Shown here: positions 27,937 to 37,008 of the stretch, in pieces | Numbering within the stretch: the stretch's first letter is position 1 | Layout: each line of letters begins with the position of its first letter | Position numbers and translations under genes: made by a program | The notes under the pieces: generated by a model | Seen by the model: only the letters and a program-made list of their open reading frames with translations | The model's database searches: none | Told to the model about the DNA's origin: nothing | Assembly (NCBI GenBank): GCA_964483295.1 | Contig: CAZAAD010000001.1 | Coordinates: forward strand, 27,875 to 91,874 | Direction of reading: 5' to 3' | Origin: an uncultured Gammaproteobacteria bacterium | GTDB lineage: Bacteria > Patescibacteriota > Patescibacteriia > Patescibacteriales > UBA12465 | Length of the DNA stretch: 64,000 bases

Positions 27937-29217
27937 TTACCAATTAAAGCCTTGGCGCACCAGTAATTCACTAGCTCTTTCTGGCTCAGCCATTAATTCT
28001 TTAACTATTTTTTCCATCCGAGCGCCTTGCGAACCCTTTATCAATAAAACATCGCCCTCTTTAATTCTATTTTGCAAAAACCGTCCCGCCTCTAAAGGTT
28101 TATCAAAATAAAAAATTTGTTCATCTTCCATGCCAGCATCCTTAGCGCCCCGAATAAAATCACGCGCTCTCTCGCCGACGGCCACTAAAATATTAACACC
28201 GCTATCGTACACAGCGCGACCGACTTGACGATGTCCCTCTTCGGTATAAGCGCCAATTTCTAACATATCACCCATAACCGCATACTTCTGAGCCGAAGAA
28301 TCTATACTCACTTTAGACAATATATTAATAGCTGACAAGGCGGCCTCAGGGGAAGAATTATAAGTATCATCAATCAGAAAAGAATGCTTAATGCCGGGAA
28401 GTGGGTTCATCCGGCCGTGCGGAGGAATAAAATCAGATAAAGCGGCTGCAATATCAACTAAATTAAGCCCCTCTTCTAAGCCAACCGCTGCTGCCGCTAA
28501 GGCCGCATACACCGCTGGTTCAGACATTACATTCTTCATAAACACTGGAACAATCGCCCCTTTGTAGTTCAATTTAAAATGTATACCGGAAAGTTCATAG
28601 TGGCCACGAACAAAATTATAAGTAATATCCTGAGCCCTTAAATCAGCCTCGGTCTTAATACCATAGCTCAGTATTTTTGCTTTACTCACAGCAGGCATTT
28701 CCTGCACTGGACTACTATCATAATTTAAAATGGCTAGTCCATTATTATTAAGACTTTCAACTAAGCGCTGTTTTTCTTTTTTAATATTGTTCAGGCTGCC
28801 AAAATATTCTAAATGCGAAAAGCTAACAGCCGTCACTACTGCGACTTGCGGCTTGGCAATAGATACCAAATAATCCATATCACCAGGACGGTCAACGCCC
28901 ATCTCTAAAACTAAAATACGAGGATAATTCTTGTCCCGCCAGATTAGCAAACGAATTACCTTGAAAAATATAGTAAACCAACCTAATAAATTCTTGCCTG
29001 GCGACTCAGAGCCAATAATCACTAGCGGCAAACCAATTTCATTATTGTAATTTTTAAAACTAGTCCTGACCGAGAACTTCTTGGACAGGACGTGAAAAAT
29101 CGCTTCTTTAGCGGTTGTCTTACCGATAGAACCGGTAATTCCGATTACTTTCGGCTGATATTTTCTTAAAATTAATCGAGAAAATATTTTAAGTTTTAAT
29201 TGTAATATTTTTTTCAT
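27937..29217 (-). CDS. murF: UDP-N-acetylmuramoyl-tripeptide--D-alanyl-D-alanine ligase
   Basis: ...VIGITGSIGKTTAKE... P-loop and Mur ligase middle/C-terminal domain blocks. It sits in the dcw context. Confidence 0.85.
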   Translation of the reverse strand: MKKILQLKLKIFSRLILRKYQPKVIGITGSIGKTTAKEAIFHVLSKKFSVRTSFKNYNNEIGLPLVIIGSESPGKNLLGWFTIFFKVIRLLIWRDKNYPRILVLEMGVDRPGDMDYLVSIAKPQVAVVTAVSFSHLEYFGSLNNIKKEKQRLVESLNNNGLAILNYDSSPVQEMPAVSKAKILSYGIKTEADLRAQDITYNFVRGHYELSGIHFKLNYKGAIVPVFMKNVMSEPAVYAALAAAAVGLEEGLNLVDIAAALSDFIPPHGRMNPLPGIKHSFLIDDTYNSSPEAALSAINILSKVSIDSSAQKYAVMGDMLEIGAYTEEGHRQVGRAVYDSGVNILVAVGERARDFIRGAKDAGMEDEQIFYFDKPLEAGRFLQNRIKEGDVLLIKGSQGARMEKIVKELMAEPERASELLVRQGFNW

Positions 29218-29221
29218 ATTA

Positions 29222-31183
29222 CTATTTCCTAGATTTAGGAACAGCGTAATAATTTAAAATAAATTCAGCAATATCGCGCCAAAGCGGTACGGCTGAGCCT
29301 TCGGCATACTGCACTCCGTGCGGCTTATCAATCTTAACAAGCATAACAAAGGCGGGATTTTCAATCGGTGCGATACCAATAAAGGTATGGACATACTGAT
29401 CAGCAATATAACCACCAACAGTCGCAATCTGCGCCGTCCCTGTCTTGCCACCAATGTAATAACCCTCAATGGCCGCTTTTTTAGAATGACCTTTCTCAAC
29501 TACATTAACTAACATGGCGGAAACAGTGGCTGCCGTTTTTTCGGAAATGATTTGGCCAGAAGACTTGGCGGTAATTTCCTCTCTTTTACCATTAGGATGC
29601 ATAATGGCTTCGATAATATGAGGCTGCATCATTAAGCCCTTATTAGCAATCGCTTGATAAGGCATAATCATTTGCAGAGGCGTGACGGCAATACCTTGAC
29701 CAAAAGAAGCGGTCGCCGCATCAATTGGCCTAACTTTATTTTTTAATAGGTTGTTAATATTCCCCGGGCTTTCGGCACCGAGCTCAATTCCAGTCCTTTC
29801 GCCAAAACCAAACTTCTTGACGTATTCAGAAAAAATCTTCGGGCCAACCTTATTCATCACAAAGATGGCACCAGTGTTTAAAGAATTATCCAAAACAGAG
29901 CTCATGTCAACTACGCCATGCGCACCTTTAGTAGAAAAATCCGAATTGCTAATCGGCTTAGCCCAGCCCTCAATCATAATCTGGCCCTTATCTTCATAGG
30001 TGGTAGTGGGCGAAACCTTGCCCTGATCAATGCCAATTGCCATGGTAACTGTCTTAAAAACTGAGCCCGGTTCATACTGATATAAAATTGCCGGATTATT
30101 ATAAAAAGAAATATCCTTAACATTGCGATAATCATTAGGGTCAAAATCAGGCACAGAACACATAGCAACAATCTCACCAGTTTTCGGAGCCATCACAATC
30201 ACTGTCCCGCCCTCAGCCTTATGCTTAGCCACTGCTTGTTTTAATTTATCGCAAGCCGCAAATTGGATATTACGATCAATAGTCAAGATAAAATCACTTC
30301 CCGGTTCCGGCTTAACATACTCACGCTCATTCACAATCATCACATTAGACTGTCCCCCTTTTTCTGACTTTAAGGAACCATACTGCCCAAATAATTCAGC
30401 ATCAAAAAATTCCTCCAAACCATAACGACCATGTCCTTCGCCATCAACCTGAGCCACAAACCCAGCTAAATGCGCGCCAATTTCTTTTTCCGGATAGTAA
30501 CGATAAGATTGGGAATTAAAACCCAAACCAGGAACAACAAACTCCTTTTCCTGATCGTTCTTATAAACGATGTTGCCAAATTTAATTTCCAATTCATCTG
30601 AGGATGCTAAAACCGGCGCCGTAGCCGAAGAATAGTCAGTACTAGATAAAAAAGAATACAGTTTAATTAAATCTTCGCCTGCCAATTTACTAACCAGCGG
30701 TTCATAAGGATCACCGGGCTTATTAAGCTTCTTCATATACCCGGAAATTATTTCTTCTTTCGTAGAAGTAGCGATTACAATATCTGTTCCCGAAGCAGAC
30801 TGTTCTTCTAATTCAGCTAATAATTTTGGCTCATCAAAAAATTTATATAGCTTTTCCGCCATAATTTGCGGCTGGGCAATATCTTTGGGCACCACAAACA
30901 CCTCGGCAAATTCTTTATTAGTGGCGAGTGGGTACAACTTTTCCTGACCAGCTATTTCTTCCCGCAAATAAATTTTTCCTCTTTCTGGCTGCAGTTTGCT
31001 ATAAACTTGATGCTGAGAAGCAGCCATAGCTGTGTATAAATCAAACTGACGGATTTGAATACTATAAAGCTTGTAAACCAGAGAGCCGATTAATAAAAAA
31101 ATAACCGCTATGACAAGACGCAAGCGATTATTGTTCACTTTGCCGCCAGCGGCCTGATTTTTATCTTTAGCATTTCGCCACAT
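29222..31183 (-). CDS. ftsI: Peptidoglycan D,D-transpeptidase (class B PBP, FtsI/PBP2-like)
   Basis: N-terminal TM; SxxK (PGSVFKTVT), SxN (ISNSD) and KTG (GKTGTA) active-site triad. Located ftsL-ftsI-murF. Confidence 0.85.
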   Translation of the reverse strand: MWRNAKDKNQAAGGKVNNNRLRLVIAVIFLLIGSLVYKLYSIQIRQFDLYTAMAASQHQVYSKLQPERGKIYLREEIAGQEKLYPLATNKEFAEVFVVPKDIAQPQIMAEKLYKFFDEPKLLAELEEQSASGTDIVIATSTKEEIISGYMKKLNKPGDPYEPLVSKLAGEDLIKLYSFLSSTDYSSATAPVLASSDELEIKFGNIVYKNDQEKEFVVPGLGFNSQSYRYYPEKEIGAHLAGFVAQVDGEGHGRYGLEEFFDAELFGQYGSLKSEKGGQSNVMIVNEREYVKPEPGSDFILTIDRNIQFAACDKLKQAVAKHKAEGGTVIVMAPKTGEIVAMCSVPDFDPNDYRNVKDISFYNNPAILYQYEPGSVFKTVTMAIGIDQGKVSPTTTYEDKGQIMIEGWAKPISNSDFSTKGAHGVVDMSSVLDNSLNTGAIFVMNKVGPKIFSEYVKKFGFGERTGIELGAESPGNINNLLKNKVRPIDAATASFGQGIAVTPLQMIMPYQAIANKGLMMQPHIIEAIMHPNGKREEITAKSSGQIISEKTAATVSAMLVNVVEKGHSKKAAIEGYYIGGKTGTAQIATVGGYIADQYVHTFIGIAPIENPAFVMLVKIDKPHGVQYAEGSAVPLWRDIAEFILNYYAVPKSRK

Positions 31184-31221
31184 AAATAGGATAAGGGGGC
31201 GCTTCGGCTGATCATTAACTA

Positions 31222-31563
31222 CTATCTTTTAGCGACCGCGCGATTATTTTCTTGAATATATTCAATATCGCTAATCGCGACCATATTCAAGGATTTTACT
31301 CTTTCACTCAAAACATAATAAGACTGCAAGGCATCAATTTTTTGCTCTTGAGCAAGTTTTTCCTCGGCTAACCGAGCAGATTCCTGCCTTAATTCCTGAA
31401 GAGCAAAACCTTTAACCGTTAAATCACTGACACATAATAAATAAGCAAAGCCCAAACCGGCCACGACAACAAACAGACAGACATTAAAAATTCCCAAAGA
31501 CACCAATCGTTTTACCGGCTTGGTGCGCAGACGTTCATTGTAACAATTAACAATCTTGGTCAT
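31222..31563 (-). CDS. ftsL: Cell division protein FtsL-like (small bitopic coiled-coil protein)
   Basis: 113 aa, a single TM (LVSLGIFNVCLFVVVAGLGFAYLL), then a coiled-coil. Its position between rsmH and ftsI is the conserved ftsL slot. Confidence 0.55.
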   Translation of the reverse strand: MTKIVNCYNERLRTKPVKRLVSLGIFNVCLFVVVAGLGFAYLLCVSDLTVKGFALQELRQESARLAEEKLAQEQKIDALQSYYVLSERVKSLNMVAISDIEYIQENNRAVAKR

Positions 31564-31604
31564 AAAATGGAAATTTTAGGCTATATAATTTAAAAATTAT
31601 CTCT

Positions 31605-32492
31605 TTAAAGCTTGGTGGCCGCTCTTAATTTAGCACTTCTGGCCCGCGGATTTTCACTTTCTTCCTGCATTGTCGGCACCAAGGGTTTTTTAGTTACAAT
31701 TTTCCAGCCTTCGTTATTCTTTAAAAAATGTTTTACTATCCTGTCTTCGCCGCTATGAAATGATACGACTACCAGTCTGCCTCCCGGACGCAGTAATTTA
31801 CTGGCTGCCGGCAAGACTTCACGTAAATTATCCAATTCGCCATTAGTCTCCATCCGCAAGGCTTGGAAAATTCTGGTAGCAGGATGAATCTTTCCCCGAA
31901 AACGCATCGGCACTTTTGACTCGACTAAGGCGGCTAGTTCGGCAGCAGAGACAATTGGTTTTTTCTTCCTCGCCTCCACAATTGCCTTGGCTAACAGATA
32001 AGCTCTCTTATCCTCACCAAAGTCGCGGAAAATCCGAGTTAATTCTGGCAAGGAGTAGGTATTAACAATCCGAGCCGTATCTGCCTCCGCCTCCGGGCCA
32101 AAAGCCATATCCAGTGAAGATTCGTGTTTGAAAGAAAATCCGCGCTTAGCATCAGCTAATTGAAAAGAAGAAAGCCCTAAATCCATCACCACACCATCCA
32201 CCAAGCAATCCTCACCCCAAACTTCGGTGGCCAAATCGTCAATATTTTTAAAATTACCCTCACGAACAATTATATTTTTAATTCCTTTTTCCTTAATGAT
32301 ACTCTGGGCATTAGCAATAGCGGCCTTATCCATATCGATGCCCAGCACTTGGCCAGATGGTCCACATTTATTGGCTAGTGCCAACGTGTAGCCAGCACCA
32401 CCCAAGGTGCAATCAATATAGTTACCGCCGGATTTTATATTTAATGCTTCCAGGACCTCAGTCAACATGACTGGTATATGTCCAAATTCCAT
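31605..32492 (-). CDS. rsmH: 16S rRNA (cytosine1402-N4)-methyltransferase RsmH (MraW)
   Basis: ...HIPVMLTEVLEAL...YIDCTLGGAGYT...VSFHSGEDRIVK... Confidence 0.9.
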   Translation of the reverse strand: MEFGHIPVMLTEVLEALNIKSGGNYIDCTLGGAGYTLALANKCGPSGQVLGIDMDKAAIANAQSIIKEKGIKNIIVREGNFKNIDDLATEVWGEDCLVDGVVMDLGLSSFQLADAKRGFSFKHESSLDMAFGPEAEADTARIVNTYSLPELTRIFRDFGEDKRAYLLAKAIVEARKKKPIVSAAELAALVESKVPMRFRGKIHPATRIFQALRMETNGELDNLREVLPAASKLLRPGGRLVVVSFHSGEDRIVKHFLKNNEGWKIVTKKPLVPTMQEESENPRARSAKLRAATKL

Positions 32493-32495
32493 ATT

Positions 32496-32927
32496 TTAAA
32501 CCCCTAAATCTCCCAAAGCTTCCGCAATGGCATTACTATTCTTTTCTGATTCTAGCTTATATTTATTCCAAGAATCCTCATCCCAAATTTCCAAATGATC
32601 ATACAAGCCGGCCACAATCACTTTTTTCTTTAAGGCAGAAAAACGACGCAAATATTCAGGTAAAGTAATCCTCCCTTGATTATCAAACTCTAAATCCATT
32701 GCTCCGGCCAACATATGGCGCGCAAAAGCTCTAGCTTTGGCCTGACTAATTGGCAAGGAAGCAAACTTTTTAGCCATTTCTTCAAACTTATCTTTTGAAT
32801 ACAAGAAAAGGCAGTTGTCCAATCCTTTGGTAACGACTGCTCCCTTTTTTAAGATGTTGCGGAATTTAGCCGGAATAGCTAAACGTCCTTTATCATCTAA
32901 GTTGTGATTATACTCACCGATGAACAT
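32496..32927 (-). CDS. mraZ: Transcriptional regulator MraZ
   Basis: MFIGEYNHNLDDKGRLAIPAKFR... and a second ...GRITLPEYLR... give the duplicated MraZ motif. The start is at MFIGEY, downstream of the operator repeats. Confidence 0.85.
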   Translation of the reverse strand: MFIGEYNHNLDDKGRLAIPAKFRNILKKGAVVTKGLDNCLFLYSKDKFEEMAKKFASLPISQAKARAFARHMLAGAMDLEFDNQGRITLPEYLRRFSALKKKVIVAGLYDHLEIWDEDSWNKYKLESEKNSNAIAEALGDLGV

Positions 32928-32957
32928 ATAGGCTGATGGCAGCTCGGGGGAGAAAAT

Positions 32958-33022
32958 AATCCACAGTTCCCCACAATTCACCTTACAGATTTAATTATAC
33001 ACCACAAGCACCCAGTGGTCAA
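32958..33022 (-). promoter_or_regulatory. mraZ/dcw promoter (TTGACC-17-TATAAT) with phased GTGG MraZ-box repeats
   Basis: The minus strand reads TTGACCACTGGGTGCTTGTGGTGTATAAT (-35 at plus 33016-33021, -10 at plus 32994-32999). It is followed by GGTGAATTGTGGGGAACTGTGGA, GTGG repeats at 10-nt spacing (plus ~32961-32982). Confidence 0.55.
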
Positions 33023-33049
33023 CATTTTAATTTACCTTAAAATAAAAGA

Positions 33050-33090
33050 AAAAAAGCACAAAAAAGACCACTTATCAACAAGTGGTCTTG
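33050..33090 (-). terminator. Rho-independent terminator downstream of dus
   Basis: The minus strand reads AGACCACTTGTTGATAAGTGGTCT + TTTTTTGTGCTTTTTTT. Confidence 0.6.
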
Positions 33091-33161
33091 CAAAATAAAA
33101 TTTTTTGCCAAAAATGTAAAAAAGTTTTCAACAATTAATGCACAAGTGTCAAGGGGGTGTT

Positions 33162-34202
33162 TTAGGCCATTTTTTTCACACCAGGACGAGCTTTTAATTG
33201 TGATAAACTCTGAGCCACTATTTTCTGTAAATCAGCTAAACAAGAAACCGTAACTAACTCACTGCGCAAACGACTAGCCCCCGGAAAGGATTGCACATAC
33301 CAAACTAAATGTTTACGTAGCTCCAGCATAACTCCTTCCCCTTTTAGCTTAACCGCTAGGGTCGCGTGTCTGAGCATTAATTTCAAAATTTCCGCCTGAG
33401 AAAAATTAATTTCTTTATTATTTTTTATTTCTTTAAACAACCAGGGGCGACCTAAAATTCCGCGCGCTAAACCCAAACCGTCAGCTTGCGACTCAATAAG
33501 TGATTTTTTAGCATCAGGCAAACTATTAATTCCACCATTAGCTAATATCACACCCTTAAAATGCCGTCGTGCCTCCTTAATAATTTTCAAATCAGGTGCC
33601 CCGGCAAAACCTTGGGTTAAGGTGCGGCCATGAATCATCACGGCCGCTACTGGCAAATCAGCAATGTTGTCCAAAAACTCGATAACACCAACCTCGCCAG
33701 ATTTAGCACGCAATTTAATAGAAACTGGCAGAGTGGTATTATCTAAAACGGCTTTAATAACCGCACGAGCCCTTTTTAAATCCTTCATCAAGTCAGCTCC
33801 AGCACCTTGCTTAAGCACTTTACCAGCTGGACAACCAAAATTAATATCTAAACCGTCAGGTTTAATTTGTTCAGAAACAAAGCGAGCGGCAGTGGCAAAA
33901 TGGTCAGGATTAGAACCAAACAACTGCACAACATAATACTTTTCTAAGCGACGATTAAATCTTAAAAGTTCCATAGTTACTTTACCGCCATTATCTCTCC
34001 CGGGTTTTTTAGAGGACACATAATAATGCAGGGCGGTTACCGAAGCCATTTCACTATATAAAACATCGGCGCCCTGGTGGCGACAGATTTGGCGAAAAGC
34101 AGTATCAGTAAAACCGGCCATCGGCGCTAAAGCGAGGATGGGCCGGCCAGTATTTTTTAATTTTTCCCAAAAATTTTTTTTCATTATCATGATGATAGAC
34201 AA
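33162..34202 (-). CDS. dus: tRNA-dihydrouridine synthase
   Basis: ...ILALAPMAGFTDTAFRQICR...GADVLYSEM... and the TIM-barrel FMN-site blocks ...INFGCP... Confidence 0.85.
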   Translation of the reverse strand: MSIIMIMKKNFWEKLKNTGRPILALAPMAGFTDTAFRQICRHQGADVLYSEMASVTALHYYVSSKKPGRDNGGKVTMELLRFNRRLEKYYVVQLFGSNPDHFATAARFVSEQIKPDGLDINFGCPAGKVLKQGAGADLMKDLKRARAVIKAVLDNTTLPVSIKLRAKSGEVGVIEFLDNIADLPVAAVMIHGRTLTQGFAGAPDLKIIKEARRHFKGVILANGGINSLPDAKKSLIESQADGLGLARGILGRPWLFKEIKNNKEINFSQAEILKLMLRHATLAVKLKGEGVMLELRKHLVWYVQSFPGASRLRSELVTVSCLADLQKIVAQSLSQLKARPGVKKMA

Positions 34203-34206
34203 TAAA

Positions 34207-35598
34207 TTATTTCTTATGCACGGTCATGCCCGTGGGCGTATCTTCAACTAACCAGCCAGCCTGAATAATGGCCGCCCGCAAACGATCAGATTCGGCCCAA
34301 TTTTTGGCCGCTCTGGCAATTTTACGCTGAACCATGAGCGCTAATATTTCTGCCGGAATTTTTTCTTCATTATTTTCTGATCCGCTCCCCAAATTTAACC
34401 CTAAAACTTTATCAAAATCAAGTACGGTGGCGAGTTTATCGGCCGCCTCTAATTTAGATTTTAACACGGCCGACAAAACAGCTAAGGCTCTAGGTAGGTT
34501 TAAATCATCGTTCACGGCTAATAAAAACTTTTCTTTAAAAGTCTGATTGATTTTGCCTTTCTTCTGGCCCAAAGACGCTGTCTGTTTCCAAAGCTTATCT
34601 AAGCCTTGTTCAGCCTGTTTGAGGCTCTCAAGACTATATTCCATCGGTTTGCGGTAATGAACTTGGCAGGCCGCAAAACGATAAACTAAAGGATTAATGC
34701 CGGCATCATGAACTACTTTGCGCAATGTCAAAAAATCACCATCACTTTTAGCCATTTTTTTGCCACCAGCAATATTAAGAAAGGCGCCGTGCAGCCAAAA
34801 GTTAAAAAACTTTCTACCAGTTGCCGCCTCAGATTGGGCAATCTCATTAGTATGATGAACATTGATATGGTCAATCCCCCCACAGTGAATATCAAGATTA
34901 TTTTGCAAATGTTTTAAACTCATGGCCGAACATTCTACATGCCAACCAGGAAAGCCAACGCCCCAAGGAGACTCCCATTCCATCTGACGCTGAGTGTTTT
35001 TTGGAGAAAACTTCCATAAAGCAAAGTCTGTTGGATTGCGCTTTTCTGGATTTTTTTCCACTCGAGCCCCTTCTTTTAATTCTGCTAGCGGCAGGTGGCT
35101 GAGCTTATTATAATTTTTTATCTTGGCAGTATCAAAATAGACGCCATCCGTAATGCAGTAAGTGTAGCCCTTTTTCTCTAAAGACTTAATCAGATTAATC
35201 TGTTCTTTAATATAATCAGTCGCTTTTGCCCAAATAACCGGCTCTTGAATATTTAACTGCTGTAAATCACTTTTAAAGGCTTCAGTATAAGCGCTAGCAA
35301 TTTCCCAAGCGCTCTTACCTTCTCTTCTGGCACCTGTCTCCATCTTGTCTTCACCCATGTCCATATCACCAGTCAAATGGCCAACGTCAGTAATATTCAT
35401 GACGTGCTTAACTTTATAACCGTTATACGCCAGGGTACGCTTTAAAAAATCCTCAAATAAATAGGTACGCAAATTGCCAATATGGGCAAAATTATAAACT
35501 GTCGGCCCACAAGTATAAAGACCAACTTTATTAGCGCTCACCGGAGTAAATAATTCTTTTTTACGACTTAAGGTGTTATAGAGAAAAATTTTGGGCAT
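34207..35598 (-). CDS. cysS: Cysteine--tRNA ligase
   Basis: ...LYTCGPTVYNFAHIGN... (HIGH-class motif) and ...KMAKSDGDF... (KMSKS). Confidence 0.9.
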   Translation of the reverse strand: MPKIFLYNTLSRKKELFTPVSANKVGLYTCGPTVYNFAHIGNLRTYLFEDFLKRTLAYNGYKVKHVMNITDVGHLTGDMDMGEDKMETGARREGKSAWEIASAYTEAFKSDLQQLNIQEPVIWAKATDYIKEQINLIKSLEKKGYTYCITDGVYFDTAKIKNYNKLSHLPLAELKEGARVEKNPEKRNPTDFALWKFSPKNTQRQMEWESPWGVGFPGWHVECSAMSLKHLQNNLDIHCGGIDHINVHHTNEIAQSEAATGRKFFNFWLHGAFLNIAGGKKMAKSDGDFLTLRKVVHDAGINPLVYRFAACQVHYRKPMEYSLESLKQAEQGLDKLWKQTASLGQKKGKINQTFKEKFLLAVNDDLNLPRALAVLSAVLKSKLEAADKLATVLDFDKVLGLNLGSGSENNEEKIPAEILALMVQRKIARAAKNWAESDRLRAAIIQAGWLVEDTPTGMTVHKK

Positions 35599-35599
35599 A

Positions 35600-36142
35600 C
35601 TATTTAAACTTAACTGGAATCATAACTTTACCGTCATGCTCTGGCAACCCAGAAGGATTATCCTTAGCAATCACTAAATAGCCACTAGTAGCTTCGGTGG
35701 CAAATATTAATTCTGAGCGGAAAGGCACAAAATCAGCCGTCATCCAATCACTTTCGGCTTGTCCGTAGTGATTAACAATTACACTACCGTCTTCAGCTAT
35801 TAAACTAACAGGCAGACTAGCTTCAAAAAACCAACCACCCCGCGCTCTTCCGGTTACTACTAAGGGTGAAGTCACTAAATCTCCCGGCAAAGGACTAATC
35901 ACTGAAACTTCAACCACCGGCTCAACCACTGGTTCTGGCAAGACATCAAGCGGTGAAGAAGTGGCCGGTAATGAGGTATCGGGAGAAGTAGTAGCCGGAG
36001 AAGAAACCAGTGGCGATTCAACTATATTAGCCGGCTCATCCTGTTTTGTAAATTGATTCACGCGCAAGATGATGGCCGCTAAAATAACTATACCGGCGAT
36101 AAATAATAAAAATTGTTCTTTTCTCATATGTTTAACTAGCAA
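35600..36142 (-). CDS. Secreted hypothetical protein with an S/T/P-rich linker and a Gmad2-like Ig-fold C-terminal domain
   Basis: N-terminal TM (FLLFIAGIVILAAIIL), a PSTS-rich region, then ...GWFFEASLPVSLIAEDGSVIV...YLVIAKDNPSG..., which resembles GerM/Gmad2 domains. Confidence 0.5.
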   Translation of the reverse strand: MLVKHMRKEQFLLFIAGIVILAAIILRVNQFTKQDEPANIVESPLVSSPATTSPDTSLPATSSPLDVLPEPVVEPVVEVSVISPLPGDLVTSPLVVTGRARGGWFFEASLPVSLIAEDGSVIVNHYGQAESDWMTADFVPFRSELIFATEATSGYLVIAKDNPSGLPEHDGKVMIPVKFK

Positions 36143-36243
36143 TAATACTATTGACTATCGGTTTTATTTTATCATAATACCCAGAAATAATCACGAAAAA
36201 GCCCGCTCCTTTTCAAGAACGGGCCCAAGCCTATCATACTGCT

Positions 36244-36702
36244 TTAAAACATTTCTATTGTCATGTTTTTGTGAGTTTGCCGAAACAATCCCACTATTCT
36301 CTTCGCCTGCATTTTTGGCAAAAAGCTAATCAGCAGGAGATAGTCGGCAATCTCATGTAGTTCGCCAGAGCGGCAGGATTTTAATTCATTACGGCAAGAC
36401 TCCTGATCACAGCAAACTAGTTTGCTGCTGATTAAACCAAAGTCAGGCAACAGAAAGTGTTTTACCTTTCTTTTTTTGCAATAGGGACAGGTCTTCGTCA
36501 CGTCAAGACCACGAATTTTTTCCAATAAACTTTCAATTGCCAGCTGCAATTGATTTGGATTTTTAATTGCGGAATTACCTTGAAACGAAGCCTGATAAAT
36601 ACGGGCAACATGGACTGGGTCTATCATCATAACCTCAGTCAAAGAACTTCCCTGATACTTTCCACTCTGGAAAATATAGGAATAATTTTCATTTTTTGCC
36701 AT
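36244..36702 (-). CDS. Hypothetical Cys-rich protein (possible zinc-ribbon), 152 aa
   Basis: ...TCPYCKKRKVKH...LVCCDQESCRNELKSC... cluster of Cys residues. It is preceded by a structured leader with its own promoter and terminator. Confidence 0.5.
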   Translation of the reverse strand: MAKNENYSYIFQSGKYQGSSLTEVMMIDPVHVARIYQASFQGNSAIKNPNQLQLAIESLLEKIRGLDVTKTCPYCKKRKVKHFLLPDFGLISSKLVCCDQESCRNELKSCRSGELHEIADYLLLISFLPKMQAKRIVGLFRQTHKNMTIEMF

Positions 36703-36752
36703 CTTGTATTATTTAAGTACTAAACACAAAATAACATATTTATTTAAAAAAG

Positions 36753-36892
36753 TCAATAAAAAAGGAGGCCTGCGAATCGCAAACCTCCCAAGTAACCCTC
36801 AGGTTACCCTAACCATCAAGTATTCCTCTCTCCATGATAGCTAGATACTTCACACTTCATATATAAATGAACAAAGCACACCAAATTTAGTT
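36753..36892 (-). ncRNA. Candidate small RNA / cis-regulatory leader (riboswitch or attenuator) of unknown class
   Basis: It is bounded by a consensus promoter at its 5' end and an intrinsic terminator, GGAGGTTTGCGATTCGCAGGCCTCC + TTTTTTATT (plus 36765-36789, A-run 36756-36764). The terminator sits ~55 nt upstream of the Cys-rich ORF's start codon. Confidence 0.35.
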
Positions 36893-36898
36893 GCCAAT

Positions 36899-36927
36899 AT
36901 TATAATACAAATAAAATTAAATGTCAA
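36899..36927 (-). promoter_or_regulatory. Consensus sigma-70-type promoter TTGACA-17-TATAAT driving the candidate leader/sRNA
   Basis: The minus strand reads TTGACATTTAATTTTATTTGTATTATAAT. The -35 box is plus 36922-36927 and the -10 box is plus 36899-36904, with an exact 17-nt spacer. Confidence 0.55.
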
Positions 36928-37008
36928 TAGTAAATTATCACTCATACCTCAAATCCAGACAAATAAAACAAACGGGCTAATATCAAGCAAATATGCTATA
37001 CTTAAACC

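Noticed and set aside
36753-36892. Possibility that the promoter/terminator-bounded RNA is SRP RNA (4.5S), 6S RNA or a T-box
   Set aside because: I could not find the SRP domain-IV GGAA/AGCAGCC-type motif or a T-box antiterminator box. It is too short for 6S or tmRNA. I left it as an unclassified candidate rather than naming a family.
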